Position numbers and translations under genes: made by a program
NCBI GenBank assembly: GCA_017561825.1
Contig: JAFZBK010000042.1
Location: 10,524-74,523 of the forward strand
Reading direction: 5' to 3'
Length of the DNA stretch: 64,000 nucleotides
Source: Prevotella sp.
Lineage (GTDB): Bacteria > Bacteroidota > Bacteroidia > Bacteroidales > Bacteroidaceae
Notes under the pieces: generated by a model
What the model saw: only the letters and a program-made list of their open reading frames with translations
The model's database searches: none
Told to the model about the DNA's origin: nothing
In this document: piece after piece, positions 1-8,749 of the stretch
How the letters are laid out: each line of letters starts with the position of its first letter
Numbering within the stretch: the stretch's first letter is position 1

Positions 1-1
1 T

Positions 2-172
2 GTGGAAGGTGCCTTCCAGCTGCTCCGACCCTCAGACCTAACTGGAAAGCACGTATTGTTGATTGACGATGTAGTAACCACAGGCGCCACTCTTGTGGCC
101 TGCGGACAAGAAGTGATGAAAGCGAAGCCCCGTGCCATCAGCGTATTCTCACTGGGTTACACACGAGACTGA
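2..172 (+). CDS. comF: ComF family (phosphoribosyltransferase-like) protein, 3' end only
   Basis: Frame 2 reads ...GKHVLLIDDVVTTGATLVACGQEVMKAKPRAISVFSLGYTRD*; LLIDDVxTTGAT is the PRTase motif typical of the ComF C-terminus; truncated by the window edge. Confidence 0.8.
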   Translation: MEGAFQLLRPSDLTGKHVLLIDDVVTTGATLVACGQEVMKAKPRAISVFSLGYTRD

Positions 173-182
173 TCGCTTCTTT

Positions 183-1355
183 TTACCATTTATAGTTGGT
201 CCTCCACAGGTTCGGCAGGAAGCGGAAATAGAGGAGATGCCGCCATGTCACGAGATCGTGCGCTCCGCCACCACCTACATAGAACTCATGCTTTACACCT
301 AACTTATCGAGCTGTTCGTGCAACCGCTCATGACGAGCCATGAACCCCGTCTCGTAGGTTCCACCTCCGATGAAGAGATAGTCGATGCGGTTGTTCACAT
401 CGGGCTCATTGACAACAGGTGTTTCCGACAATTCGATGGCTGCAGAGAGGATTCCCATGGAACCGAACACATCGAGGTTACGCAGTCCTACATACTGCGT
501 CATACGTCCACCCATGGAGAGTCCGCTGAGAGCACGGGCGTGCTTGTCCTTGATGACACTATAGTGAGACTCTACATAAGGAATCACACACTCTATCAGC
601 TCGCGCTCCACCAAGGGGAAGGCCAGTTCAGTGTGTTGGGGATGCGAGCGAGTCACCATCTGGTCGTTGGGGAAGCACACAATCATCTCACGTGCCTTTC
701 CCTCGGCAATGATATTGTCGAGGATGAAGTTCGCCCGTCCGTGCATCACCCACGTCTCGGTAAGATCGCCCGAGCCACCCATCAGATAGAGCACAGGGTA
801 CTTCTTCTTCGGGTCGTAGTTAGCCGGTGTATAAACCATCATGTCACGGAGTCCGTTGGTCACCTTGGAATAGTAATAATGCGTGGTGACGCTACCGTGA
901 GCCACTTCAGGCTTCGGGTCGTACCATGCCGGTTTGTCATCATGCACGAACAACATACTGAACGAAGGCATGGCCGCATGACCGGTGAACTCGTTGTTTG
1001 CATCGATGTTCTGCACACCGTCGATGATGATATAGTAAAGGTAGATCTCTGGACGCAGCGGTCCTAACGTCAGGGTCCACACGCCGTCGTCGCCTTTGGT
1101 GAAGTCAGCTCTCTTACGTGCCTCCGGTCCTACAAACATCGAGCCCGTGAGCTGCACGCTTTTGGCTTCTGGTGCTTTTACGCGGAAGATGACGGTATGG
1201 TCGTCACGCACCTCAGGTGAGAGCACTTGCGTACTAAAGGGCAGGATGCCCTCGGTGTTACGCTGTGGATCGTACTGGATATTGACACGTGTTTGTTGTG
1301 CCAACACGGGCACTGCTGCAAGAAGGTACAGTGCCAGGAACAATAGTTTTTTCAT
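183..1355 (-). CDS. Secreted alpha/beta-hydrolase esterase (CE1-like) with N-terminal CBM48/Ig-like domain
   Basis: Signal peptide; VYTPANYD..YPVLYL, GLSMGG nucleophile elbow, C-terminal AHDLVTWR His motif. Confidence 0.85.
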   Translation of the reverse strand: MKKLLFLALYLLAAVPVLAQQTRVNIQYDPQRNTEGILPFSTQVLSPEVRDDHTVIFRVKAPEAKSVQLTGSMFVGPEARKRADFTKGDDGVWTLTLGPLRPEIYLYYIIIDGVQNIDANNEFTGHAAMPSFSMLFVHDDKPAWYDPKPEVAHGSVTTHYYYSKVTNGLRDMMVYTPANYDPKKKYPVLYLMGGSGDLTETWVMHGRANFILDNIIAEGKAREMIVCFPNDQMVTRSHPQHTELAFPLVERELIECVIPYVESHYSVIKDKHARALSGLSMGGRMTQYVGLRNLDVFGSMGILSAAIELSETPVVNEPDVNNRIDYLFIGGGTYETGFMARHERLHEQLDKLGVKHEFYVGGGGAHDLVTWRHLLYFRFLPNLWRTNYKW

Positions 1356-1385
1356 CTACTTTTTATGTTATTAGTGTTTTGTCTG

Positions 1386-1393
1386 CAAAGATA
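1386..1393 (-). promoter_or_regulatory. Bacteroidetes sigma-A -7 box (TATCTTTG) for esterase
   Basis: Matches TAnnTTTG, 30 nt upstream of the start codon. Confidence 0.65.
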
Positions 1394-1427
1394 CAATTAA
1401 GTAGAAACAATACAAAATAAATAACAT

Positions 1428-1558
1428 GGAAACTGTAAATAAATTTGCGTTTTCGCTCGTTTATGCGTAACTTTAACTACGTTGAAAGTACTTTCACTCG
1501 ACTATCAAAAGAAAAACACGTTTTCCTTTTGATTTGTGCTCGCTTAATCGTACCTTTG
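1428..1558 (+). repeat. Promoter-carrying structured repeat, copy A (partial unit plus full unit), upstream of murQ
   Basis: cgtaacttt|aactacgttgaaagtactttcactcg..hairpin..ctcg..cgtacctttg; TTTG(1528-31)-N19-TACCTTTG(1551-58). Confidence 0.8.
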
Positions 1559-1569
1559 CACATGAGATC

Positions 1570-1617
1570 ATGAAAGCACATCCCCGTGCCATCAGCGTTT
1601 TTTCGCTGGGATATACA
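1570..1617 (+). pseudogene. Diverged duplicate of comF 3' end (MKAHPRAISVFSLGYT)
   Basis: 40/48 nt and 15/16 aa identical to 116..163. Confidence 0.75.
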
Positions 1618-1635
1618 AAGAAAGAGGATTTGAGA

Positions 1636-2448
1636 ATGAAGACAGAGGACAAGATTACCGAGCGACCCTCACATTTCGACCATCTTGAGCAGATGTCGGT
1701 GAAGGAACTGCTGCAGCACATCAACGAGGAGGATGCGCTGGTGGCTGGTGTGGTGCATGAGGCGATACCACAGATAGAGGCCTTGGTGGAAGCGGTTGAG
1801 CCGAGGATGAAGCAAGGTGGCAGACTCTTCTATGTAGGCGCCGGCACCAGTGGAAGATTAGGCGTATTGGATGCCAGTGAGCTGCCTCCCACTTTCGGTG
1901 TGCCAGAAGAATGGGTGGTAGGACTTATTGCCGGAGGTGACGAGGCCTTGCGGCACGCTATCGAAAAGGCAGAGGATGTGCCAGAACAAGGCTGGCGTGA
2001 CTTAGAGACTTATCATCCAACAATAAATGACACTGTGATTGGCATTGCCGCCTCTGGTACCACACCCTATGTTATTGGGGCTGTCAGTGAAGCCAAACGA
2101 CAAGGATTGTTGACAGGCTGTATTACCAGTAATCCCCAAACCCCGTTGGCTGAGGTTGTCGATTTCCCCATTGAAACCATTGTAGGACCAGAGTTCGTAA
2201 CAGGCTCCAGTCGTATGAAAAGCGGAACGGCCCAGAAGATGGTGCTGAACATGATTTCCACCACGCTGATGATTCGTTTGGGACGTGTAGAAGGTAACCG
2301 CATGGTTAAGATGCAGCTGAAGAACGCTAAACTTGTAGATCGCGGTACACGGATGATCCAAGAGTCGTTAGGTATTCCCTACAACGAGGCTGAACGTCGT
2401 TTGCTGGAAGCGGGCAGTGTGGATGGGGTGTTGAAAGATAACCTTTAG
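1636..2448 (+). CDS. murQ: N-acetylmuramic acid 6-phosphate etherase
   Basis: GAGTSGRLGVLDASELPPTFG, GIAASGTTPYV, GPEFVTGSSRMKSGTAQKMVLNMIST; start placed at ATG 1636 (ATG 1570 is in frame). Confidence 0.95.
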   Translation: MKTEDKITERPSHFDHLEQMSVKELLQHINEEDALVAGVVHEAIPQIEALVEAVEPRMKQGGRLFYVGAGTSGRLGVLDASELPPTFGVPEEWVVGLIAGGDEALRHAIEKAEDVPEQGWRDLETYHPTINDTVIGIAASGTTPYVIGAVSEAKRQGLLTGCITSNPQTPLAEVVDFPIETIVGPEFVTGSSRMKSGTAQKMVLNMISTTLMIRLGRVEGNRMVKMQLKNAKLVDRGTRMIQESLGIPYNEAERRLLEAGSVDGVLKDNL

Positions 2449-2530
2449 CTTCGCCGAAAGTACTTTCACTCGAAAATGAAAAGAAAAGTAATCTTTCCTT
2501 TTGCATTTTACTCGTTTATCCGTACCTTTG
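2440..2530 (+). repeat. Promoter-carrying structured repeat, copy B, upstream of pyrE
   Basis: accttt|agcttcgccgaaagtactttcactcg..hairpin..ctcg..cgtacctttg; TTTG(2500-03)-N19-TACCTTTG(2523-30). Confidence 0.8.
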
Positions 2531-2539
2531 CACAAAAAT

Positions 2540-3178
2540 ATGAATATGGATACATTGAAGAAAGCATTTGCCAGGAAACTCCTGGAAGTGAAAGCCGTTA
2601 AACTGCAGCCCAACAACCCGTTTACATGGGCCAGCGGATGGAAGTCACCGATTTATACTGATAACCGCAAGACCCTTTCCTACCCGGAACTGCGCACGAT
2701 GGTGAAACTTGCCCTGACGCACATGATCCTCGAACAGTTCCCTGAGGCAGAGGCCGTTGCAGGTGTGGCTACAGGAGCTATTGCTCAAGGTGCCTTGGTG
2801 GCTGATGAGCTGAACCTGCCTTATGTATATGTAAGACCCAAACCGAAAGATCATGGTATGGGTAATCAGATAGAAGGTGAGCTGCCCGAAGGTGCGAAAG
2901 TGATTGTCGTGGAAGACCTGATCTCCACGGGTGGCTCCTCTCTGAAAGCCGTTGACGCCTTGCGCCGCGCCGGCTTTGAAGTGGTTGGTATGGTGGCCAG
3001 CTACACCTATGGATTCCCCGTAGCTGAAGAGGCATTCCGTGAGGCTGGTGTCAAACTGCTGACCATCTCCGACTACGAGCATGTGGTGGCAGAAGCATTG
3101 TCAACAGGTTATATCGCCGAGAACGATGTAAAACTCTTGCAAGAGTGGCGGAAAGATCCGGCAGGATGGAAAGTGTAA
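2540..3178 (+). CDS. pyrE: Orotate phosphoribosyltransferase
   Basis: FTWASGWKSPIYTDNR, VVEDLISTGGSS PRPP-binding motif. Confidence 0.95.
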   Translation: MNMDTLKKAFARKLLEVKAVKLQPNNPFTWASGWKSPIYTDNRKTLSYPELRTMVKLALTHMILEQFPEAEAVAGVATGAIAQGALVADELNLPYVYVRPKPKDHGMGNQIEGELPEGAKVIVVEDLISTGGSSLKAVDALRRAGFEVVGMVASYTYGFPVAEEAFREAGVKLLTISDYEHVVAEALSTGYIAENDVKLLQEWRKDPAGWKV

Positions 3179-3260
3179 GGGACTTGGTCAAAGGGATTCG
3201 GTCAAAGGCCAAAGGCTAAAAGCCAAAAGCTAAAGTAATCATAATTAAAGTTCAAAGCTA
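3178..3260 (+). repeat. Heptamer-based tandem array (TCAAAGG/TCAAAGT-like)
   Basis: ggtcaaag/gccaaag/gctaaag/gttcaaag units; related block at 3679-3792. Confidence 0.75.
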
Positions 3261-3265
3261 ATAGG

Positions 3266-3679
3266 ATGAGTACATTCGAGAGTAGCGTAAAGATTGTGGA
3301 ATATCCTCAGGAGAAGGTGTATGCCACGTTAAGCGACCTATCCAACCTGGGTAAGCTGGAAGGTAGGTTCCCAGAAGATACGTTCCAAGATTTCGAGTTC
3401 AGTGCAGACAGTGTGAGCATCAGTGTGCAACCTGTAGGTAAGGTGGCCATGAATATCGTTGACCGCGAAGAACCGAAATGCATCAAGTACGAGACGATAC
3501 AGTCGCCTGTACCTTTCAACCTCTGGGTACAACTGCTTCCTGTTACAGAGACAACCTGTAAGATGAAGCTTACCATCAAGGCCGACCTGAATCCGTTCGT
3601 CAAGGTTATGATTTCAAAACCGCTGAACGAAGGATTGGAGAAGCTGGCCGATACGCTGGCACAGGTGAGGTATGAATAA
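3266..3679 (+). CDS. SRPBCC/START-like (CoxG/polyketide cyclase-like) protein
   Basis: 137 aa, PQEKVYATLSDLSNL pattern; pyrE-SRPBCC-argH order is common in Bacteroidales. Confidence 0.7.
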   Translation: MSTFESSVKIVEYPQEKVYATLSDLSNLGKLEGRFPEDTFQDFEFSADSVSISVQPVGKVAMNIVDREEPKCIKYETIQSPVPFNLWVQLLPVTETTCKMKLTIKADLNPFVKVMISKPLNEGLEKLADTLAQVRYE

Positions 3680-3792
3680 GGGATTCGGTCAAAGGTCGAA
3701 GGGACTTGGTCAAAGGTCGAAGGCCGAAGGTTTAAAGCTAAAGTAATCATAAAGTTCAAAGTTCAAAGATCAAAGTTCAAAGAACAAAGCTA
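3679..3792 (+). repeat. Heptamer tandem array (TCAAAGT/TCGAAGG)
   Basis: aaagttc aaagttc aaagatc aaagttc aaagaac; shares gctaaagtaatcataa with 3178-3260. Confidence 0.8.
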
Positions 3793-3797
3793 CGAAG

Positions 3798-5132
3798 ATG
3801 AAACTGTGGGAGAAGAATTATCAGGTGAACGAGGAGATTGAACGCTTCACCGTAGGTCATGACCGCGAGATGGATCTCTATCTGGCTCCATACGATGTGT
3901 TGGGCTCGATGGCGCATATCACCATGCTGGAGAGTATCGGACTGTTGGAAAAAGAAGAACTGCCCCAACTGCTGAGTGAGCTGCGCAACATCTACCGACT
4001 GTGCGAAAACGGCGAGTTCATCATCGAGGATGGTATTGAGGATGTACACTCGCAAGTGGAGCTGATGCTGACCCGTAAGTTGGGCGACATGGGAAAGAAG
4101 ATCCATAGCGGACGGTCGCGCAACGATCAGGTACTGGTGGATCTGAAACTCTTCACCCGTCATGAACTGAAGGAGATTGCCGATCTCGTCAAGATCCTGT
4201 TTGACGAACTGATCGCCAAGAGTAATCAGTATAAGGATGTGCTGATGCCTGGATATACGCATCTGCAGATTGCCATGCCTTCCTCTTTTGGACTGTGGTT
4301 TGGTGCCTATGCTGAGAGTCTGACCGATGATATGCTCTTCCTGCAGGCTGCCTACCGCATGACCAACCGGAATCCCTTGGGATCAGCTGCCGGCTATGGT
4401 TCATCGTTCCCGCTGAACCGTCAGATGACCACCGATCTATTAGGCTTTGACTCGATGGACTACAACGTGGTCTATGCCCAGATGGGACGTGGCAAGATGG
4501 AGCGCAACGTCGCCTTTGCTCTGGCTTCAATCGCAGGAACCATCGCTAAGATGGCCTTTGATGCCTGTCTGTTCAACTCACAGAACTTCTCGTTTGTGAA
4601 ACTGCCCAAGGAGTGTACCACTGGTAGCAGTATCATGCCGCATAAGAAGAACCCTGATGTGTTTGAACTGATCCGTGCCAAGAGCAATAAGATACAAGGA
4701 CTTCCCCAGCAGGTGATGCTGATCATGAACAACCTGCCCGTGGGCTACTTCCGTGATCTACAGATTATCAAAGAGGTGTTCCTGCCTGCCTTTGACGAAC
4801 TGAAGGACTGTCTGCAGATGACCGCCTACATCATCAACAAGATGGAAGTGAATGAGCATATCCTCGATAATGTGATGTACGACCCAATCTTCTCGGTGGA
4901 GGAAGTGAACCGTCTTGCCGCCAACGGTATGCCGTTCCGTGATGCTTATAAAAAGGTAGGACTGGATATCGAGGCTGGAGCCTTCCATGCTGACAAGCAG
5001 ATTCATCACACCCACGAAGGAAGCATCGGTAACCTCTGCAACGATAAGATCGAGGCACTGATGAAACAGATTCTCGGCGAGTTCCATTTTGAACGAACTG
5101 AAATCGCCATTAGGCGATTAGTTGACAGTTGA
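3798..5132 (+). CDS. argH: Argininosuccinate lyase
   Basis: EDVHSQVE, HSGRSRNDQV, MPGYTHLQ, GSSIMPHKKNPD signature. Confidence 0.95.
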   Translation: MKLWEKNYQVNEEIERFTVGHDREMDLYLAPYDVLGSMAHITMLESIGLLEKEELPQLLSELRNIYRLCENGEFIIEDGIEDVHSQVELMLTRKLGDMGKKIHSGRSRNDQVLVDLKLFTRHELKEIADLVKILFDELIAKSNQYKDVLMPGYTHLQIAMPSSFGLWFGAYAESLTDDMLFLQAAYRMTNRNPLGSAAGYGSSFPLNRQMTTDLLGFDSMDYNVVYAQMGRGKMERNVAFALASIAGTIAKMAFDACLFNSQNFSFVKLPKECTTGSSIMPHKKNPDVFELIRAKSNKIQGLPQQVMLIMNNLPVGYFRDLQIIKEVFLPAFDELKDCLQMTAYIINKMEVNEHILDNVMYDPIFSVEEVNRLAANGMPFRDAYKKVGLDIEAGAFHADKQIHHTHEGSIGNLCNDKIEALMKQILGEFHFERTEIAIRRLVDS

Positions 5133-5158
5133 TAGTTGATAGTTGATAGTGATAGTGA
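5121..5158 (+). repeat. Heptamer tandem repeat (GTTGATA)n over the argH stop
   Basis: gttgaca gttgata gttgata gttgata gtgata gtga. Confidence 0.75.
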
Positions 5159-5709
5159 AACGTTGGGTAATAGGGCTATTAGGACTATTCGTCTTAGGTT
5201 CGTGCGGTAAGAGTGAGTTCGAGTATTCGCCACACCGTGCACGACTGGTTTATGACAACAGTGTACATCTGGATGCTACCCTCTCGGTAGCGATGAATGC
5301 CATGGCTCCAGGTATCTTCTGTCGTGTATCTCTTTCAGGCAATTACTTCATCTTTACGAACAATCAAGGACAGAGCAGTAAGCAACCCATGACATCCGTG
5401 GAACAGCAGCGGATTCCCATACTGGGTGTTAACAACGAGAGTGGAGTGATTGTGGGGTTCGGTCTGCTGAACGACCCGGCAGTGTTCTATGCCTATGATG
5501 CACAATGCCCGAACTGTTACGAGAACGACAGTCGGCCACGCTACCTGTTATCCATGACTTCCGACGGAAAGGCCAAATGCGGAAAATGCGGACGGGTGTA
5601 TGACATGAACAACAGTGGAATCGTTACCGATGGCGGTCCTGGCGAGAAGCTATATCGCTACCATGCCTCCACTACAGGTCCCAACGGTATCCTATCTGTA
5701 AATAATTAG
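5143..5709 (+). CDS. Lipoprotein with Cys-rich Rieske-like fold (hypothetical)
   Basis: LGSC lipobox; YDAQCPNC...AKCGKCGRVYD; start codon uncertain (TTG/GTG inside the repeat). Confidence 0.6.
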   Translation: MIVIVKRWVIGLLGLFVLGSCGKSEFEYSPHRARLVYDNSVHLDATLSVAMNAMAPGIFCRVSLSGNYFIFTNNQGQSSKQPMTSVEQQRIPILGVNNESGVIVGFGLLNDPAVFYAYDAQCPNCYENDSRPRYLLSMTSDGKAKCGKCGRVYDMNNSGIVTDGGPGEKLYRYHASTTGPNGILSVNN

Positions 5710-5790
5710 ACGTATATATTAAAAGGTGCAAAAAATTTTGGCTTTTAGAAGAAATCCCACTATCTTTGCACCGTTTTAACAAATCCACAG

Positions 5791-5866
5791 GCGGAAATAG
5801 CTCAGTTGGTAGAGCACAACCTTGCCAAGGTTGGGGTCGCGGGTCCGAGTCCCGTTTTCCGCTCCA
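5791..5866 (+). tRNA. tRNA-Gly(GCC)
   Basis: Cloverleaf GCGGAAA..TTTCCGC-T-CCA, anticodon loop TTGCCAA; TATCTTTG promoter box at 5761. Confidence 0.95.
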
Positions 5867-5886
5867 TTCATGATAGCGATAACCAT

Positions 5887-5972
5887 GCCGCAATGGTGGA
5901 ATTGGTAGACACGAGGGACTTAAAATCCCTTGGCCAGTGATGGCTGTGCGGGTTCGAGTCCCGCTCGCGGCA
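5887..5972 (+). tRNA. tRNA-Leu(TAA)
   Basis: GGTGGAATTGGTAGAC D-arm, loop CTTAAAA, long variable arm, GGTTCGAGTCC. Confidence 0.95.
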
Positions 5973-5992
5973 CCTTTAAATCTTTATTCATT

Positions 5993-7672
5993 ATGCGCAA
6001 AAATCTGATTTTATTCGTTTCTGCTGTCGGCATGATCATGATGACCTCATGTTCCTCGAAGCTGGGTGCTCTCTCCGCCGACAATTTCAATGTTGTTCCT
6101 AACCCCATGGAAACAGAGGCAGGAAAGGTTCCTGTAACCATCAACGGTATGTTCCCCGAGAAATACCTGAAGAAGAAGGCTGTTGTTTCCGTGATTCCTG
6201 AGATCCGTTGCAGCAACGGTGATGTGGTTCAGGGACAGAGTGCTTCATTCCAAGGCGAAAAGGTTCAGGGTAATGACCAGACCATTTCCTATAAGTTAGG
6301 TGGAAACTACACCATGAAGAACATCTTCACTTATATTCCTGCCATGCAGAAGAGCGATCTTTATCTGACCTTCGATGCCAAGGTAGGAAAGAAGAAGGTA
6401 AGTGTTCCTGCCGTGAAAGTAGCAGAAGGTGTTATTGCCACCTCTGAACTGTACCGTAACCTGCTCACTTCAACAGGTGCTTGTATTGCTCCTGATACGT
6501 TCCAGCGCATCAATGCCCACAAGCAAGAAGCACAAATCAAGTTCCTCGTCAACCAGGCTAACCTGCGCAAGAGCGAGCTGAAGAACAACTCTGTTACAGA
6601 GTTCGTGGAGATGCTGAAGAGAATCAACCGTGAGCGTGAGACCCTTGCCATCAAGGATATCGACGTTTTGGGCTTCGCTTCTCCTGAGGGTGCATACGAC
6701 TTCAACGACAAGCTGGCTAACAAACGTCAGAACACCGCTGAGCAGTATGTGAAGGATCAGTTGAAGAAGACCAAGGTGAACACGGATATCAATGCCAAGT
6801 ATACGGCAGAGGACTGGGATGGATTCCAGCAGTTGGTACAGGCCAGCAATATCCAGGATAAGGATGTGATCCTCCGCGTGCTCTCCATGTATAAGGATCC
6901 GCAGGAGCGCGAGCAGCAGATCCGCAACATGTCTGCCGGCTATCGCGAGTTGGCCGACGGCATCCTGCCAGAACTTCGTCGTTCACGCATGATCATCAAC
7001 TACGAGACCATCGGTCGCAGTGATGAGCAGATCCAGCAGCAGTATGTAGCCGACCCGGCACAACTCAGCGTTGATGAGTTGCTTTATTCTGCTACGCTGA
7101 CTGATGATGTCAACAAGCAGGAAGAGATCTACAAGACCGCTGCCAAGTTGTATCCCGCCGACTACCGTGCACTGAATAACATTGCTGCCCTTGAGTTCAA
7201 CAAGGGTAACAACAGTGCTGCCAAGGAGTACATCAATCAGGTGTTCAATGTGCTGAGCAACGCTCCTGAAGCCAATGCCAACCTCGGTATGATGGCTCTG
7301 CAGAACGGTGACGTTGCCAATGCTGAGAACTATATCGCCAAGGCTACCAATGCTAACGGTCTGAACAACGTGCTTGGTGCGCTGAACATTGCCAAGGGTA
7401 ACTACGCAGAGGCTGCCAAGAACCTGGCTAACTCCGAGAGCAACCTCGCTGGTCTGGCTGAACTGCTGAACAAGAACTATGCTACTGCTGAGGTTATCCT
7501 GAACAGTGTGAAGAACAAGGATGGCATGACCAAATACCTGCAGGCACTTGTAGCAGCTCGTCAGGGTCGTTCCAGCATCGCCTCTGGCTTCCTGAAAGAG
7601 GCTCTGAACCTTGATCCGAGTCTGGCAGCTTATGCCGCTAACGACTTGGAGTTACTGAACGTCAGCAAATAA
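5993..7672 (+). CDS. Lipoprotein with OmpA-like domain and C-terminal TPRs
   Basis: MTSC lipobox; GFASPEG..N..LA..R OmpA-like motif; Ala/Asn-rich TPR helices. Confidence 0.8.
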   Translation: MRKNLILFVSAVGMIMMTSCSSKLGALSADNFNVVPNPMETEAGKVPVTINGMFPEKYLKKKAVVSVIPEIRCSNGDVVQGQSASFQGEKVQGNDQTISYKLGGNYTMKNIFTYIPAMQKSDLYLTFDAKVGKKKVSVPAVKVAEGVIATSELYRNLLTSTGACIAPDTFQRINAHKQEAQIKFLVNQANLRKSELKNNSVTEFVEMLKRINRERETLAIKDIDVLGFASPEGAYDFNDKLANKRQNTAEQYVKDQLKKTKVNTDINAKYTAEDWDGFQQLVQASNIQDKDVILRVLSMYKDPQEREQQIRNMSAGYRELADGILPELRRSRMIINYETIGRSDEQIQQQYVADPAQLSVDELLYSATLTDDVNKQEEIYKTAAKLYPADYRALNNIAALEFNKGNNSAAKEYINQVFNVLSNAPEANANLGMMALQNGDVANAENYIAKATNANGLNNVLGALNIAKGNYAEAAKNLANSESNLAGLAELLNKNYATAEVILNSVKNKDGMTKYLQALVAARQGRSSIASGFLKEALNLDPSLAAYAANDLELLNVSK

Positions 7673-7684
7673 TCACACTTCTTC

Positions 7685-8695
7685 ATGAAGCGATACAGCT
7701 ATATACTACTCGCCCTGATTCTGGTTTCATGTGGAGCACCCAGCGGTCAGTTCAAGATCGAAGGACGTTTCCTCAACCTGAACCAGGGTGAGTTCTATGT
7801 ATATAGTACCGACGGACTGATCAATGGGGTGGATACCATCCATACCACTGGTGGTCGCTTCAGCTATCAGATTCCCTGTGAGGATAAGGGTACGATCATG
7901 CTGGTGTTCCCCAACTTCTCCGAACAACCCATTTTTGCAGAATCAGGTAAGACTGCTCATGTCAAGGCTGATGCCACCCACCTCAAGGAGATGGTGGTGG
8001 AAGGCTCTGATGCCAATGAACTGATGAGCCGCTTCCGTCAGGCTGTGGCCACCGCGTCACCACCTGAGACGGTTCAAAAGGCGGCATTGTTCATCAAAGA
8101 CAACCCGAAATCACCAGTCAGCATCTACCTGCTCAAACAATACTTCATCCTTTCAGCCACGCCCGACTACCGTCAGGCTATCCAACTGGCTGATGTATTG
8201 ATCAAGGCACAGCCTGAGAATGTCAAACTGATCCGCCTAAAGCATGACCTCGACATTTTGAACACCATGCAGGTTAATGCCAAGATGCCTTCATTCACCG
8301 CCGTTGACATCTACGGACGTAGTGTTTCCGATGCTAGTCTGCGAGGAAAGGTAGCTGTGGTTCATGTCTGGTCATCTTGGAACTACGAGAGTCAGGACAT
8401 TCTGCGTCGTCTGCGCAATCTATATACAGATAACCGTAGTCAGTTGGGCATCGTAGGTATCTGTATTGATGGTTCTAAGCGCGACTGCCGGAACTTCCTG
8501 AAGCACGACTCGGTACCATGGCCTACCATCTGCGACGAACAGATGTTCGAAGGTCAACTGATTGCGAAATTCGGTCTTTTATCCATCCCCGACAATGTCG
8601 TCATGGATACCAATGGAAAGGTTGTTGCCCGCGGATTGAATGCAAATGAATTACGCGAACGGTTAGAGAAGATGCTGAAGAAAGACTCGCCATGA
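7685..8695 (+). CDS. DUF4369 + TlpA/AhpC-TSA thioredoxin-fold lipoprotein
   Basis: LVSC lipobox; PSFTAVDIYG..LRGKVAVVHVWSSW, IPDNVVMDTNGKVVAR; lacks CxxC. Confidence 0.75.
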   Translation: MKRYSYILLALILVSCGAPSGQFKIEGRFLNLNQGEFYVYSTDGLINGVDTIHTTGGRFSYQIPCEDKGTIMLVFPNFSEQPIFAESGKTAHVKADATHLKEMVVEGSDANELMSRFRQAVATASPPETVQKAALFIKDNPKSPVSIYLLKQYFILSATPDYRQAIQLADVLIKAQPENVKLIRLKHDLDILNTMQVNAKMPSFTAVDIYGRSVSDASLRGKVAVVHVWSSWNYESQDILRRLRNLYTDNRSQLGIVGICIDGSKRDCRNFLKHDSVPWPTICDEQMFEGQLIAKFGLLSIPDNVVMDTNGKVVARGLNANELRERLEKMLKKDSP

Positions 8696-8749
8696 TCTGT
8701 TTTCTTCCCTAGCTCACAACCGATTTATCAACTTAATCATAAGTCTAAT

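Noticed and set aside
1534-1569. N-terminal ORF extensions of murQ, pyrE, metG and MATE, and small ORFs such as 1494-1724, 2368-2616, 10272-10547, 30692-30979 and 49718-49972
   Set aside because: They are read-through of the non-coding promoter repeat or of tRNAs.
5672-5992. ORF 5672-5893 and the 5930 start of the TPR gene
   Set aside because: Both overlap tRNA-Gly/tRNA-Leu; the likely real start is ATG 5993.
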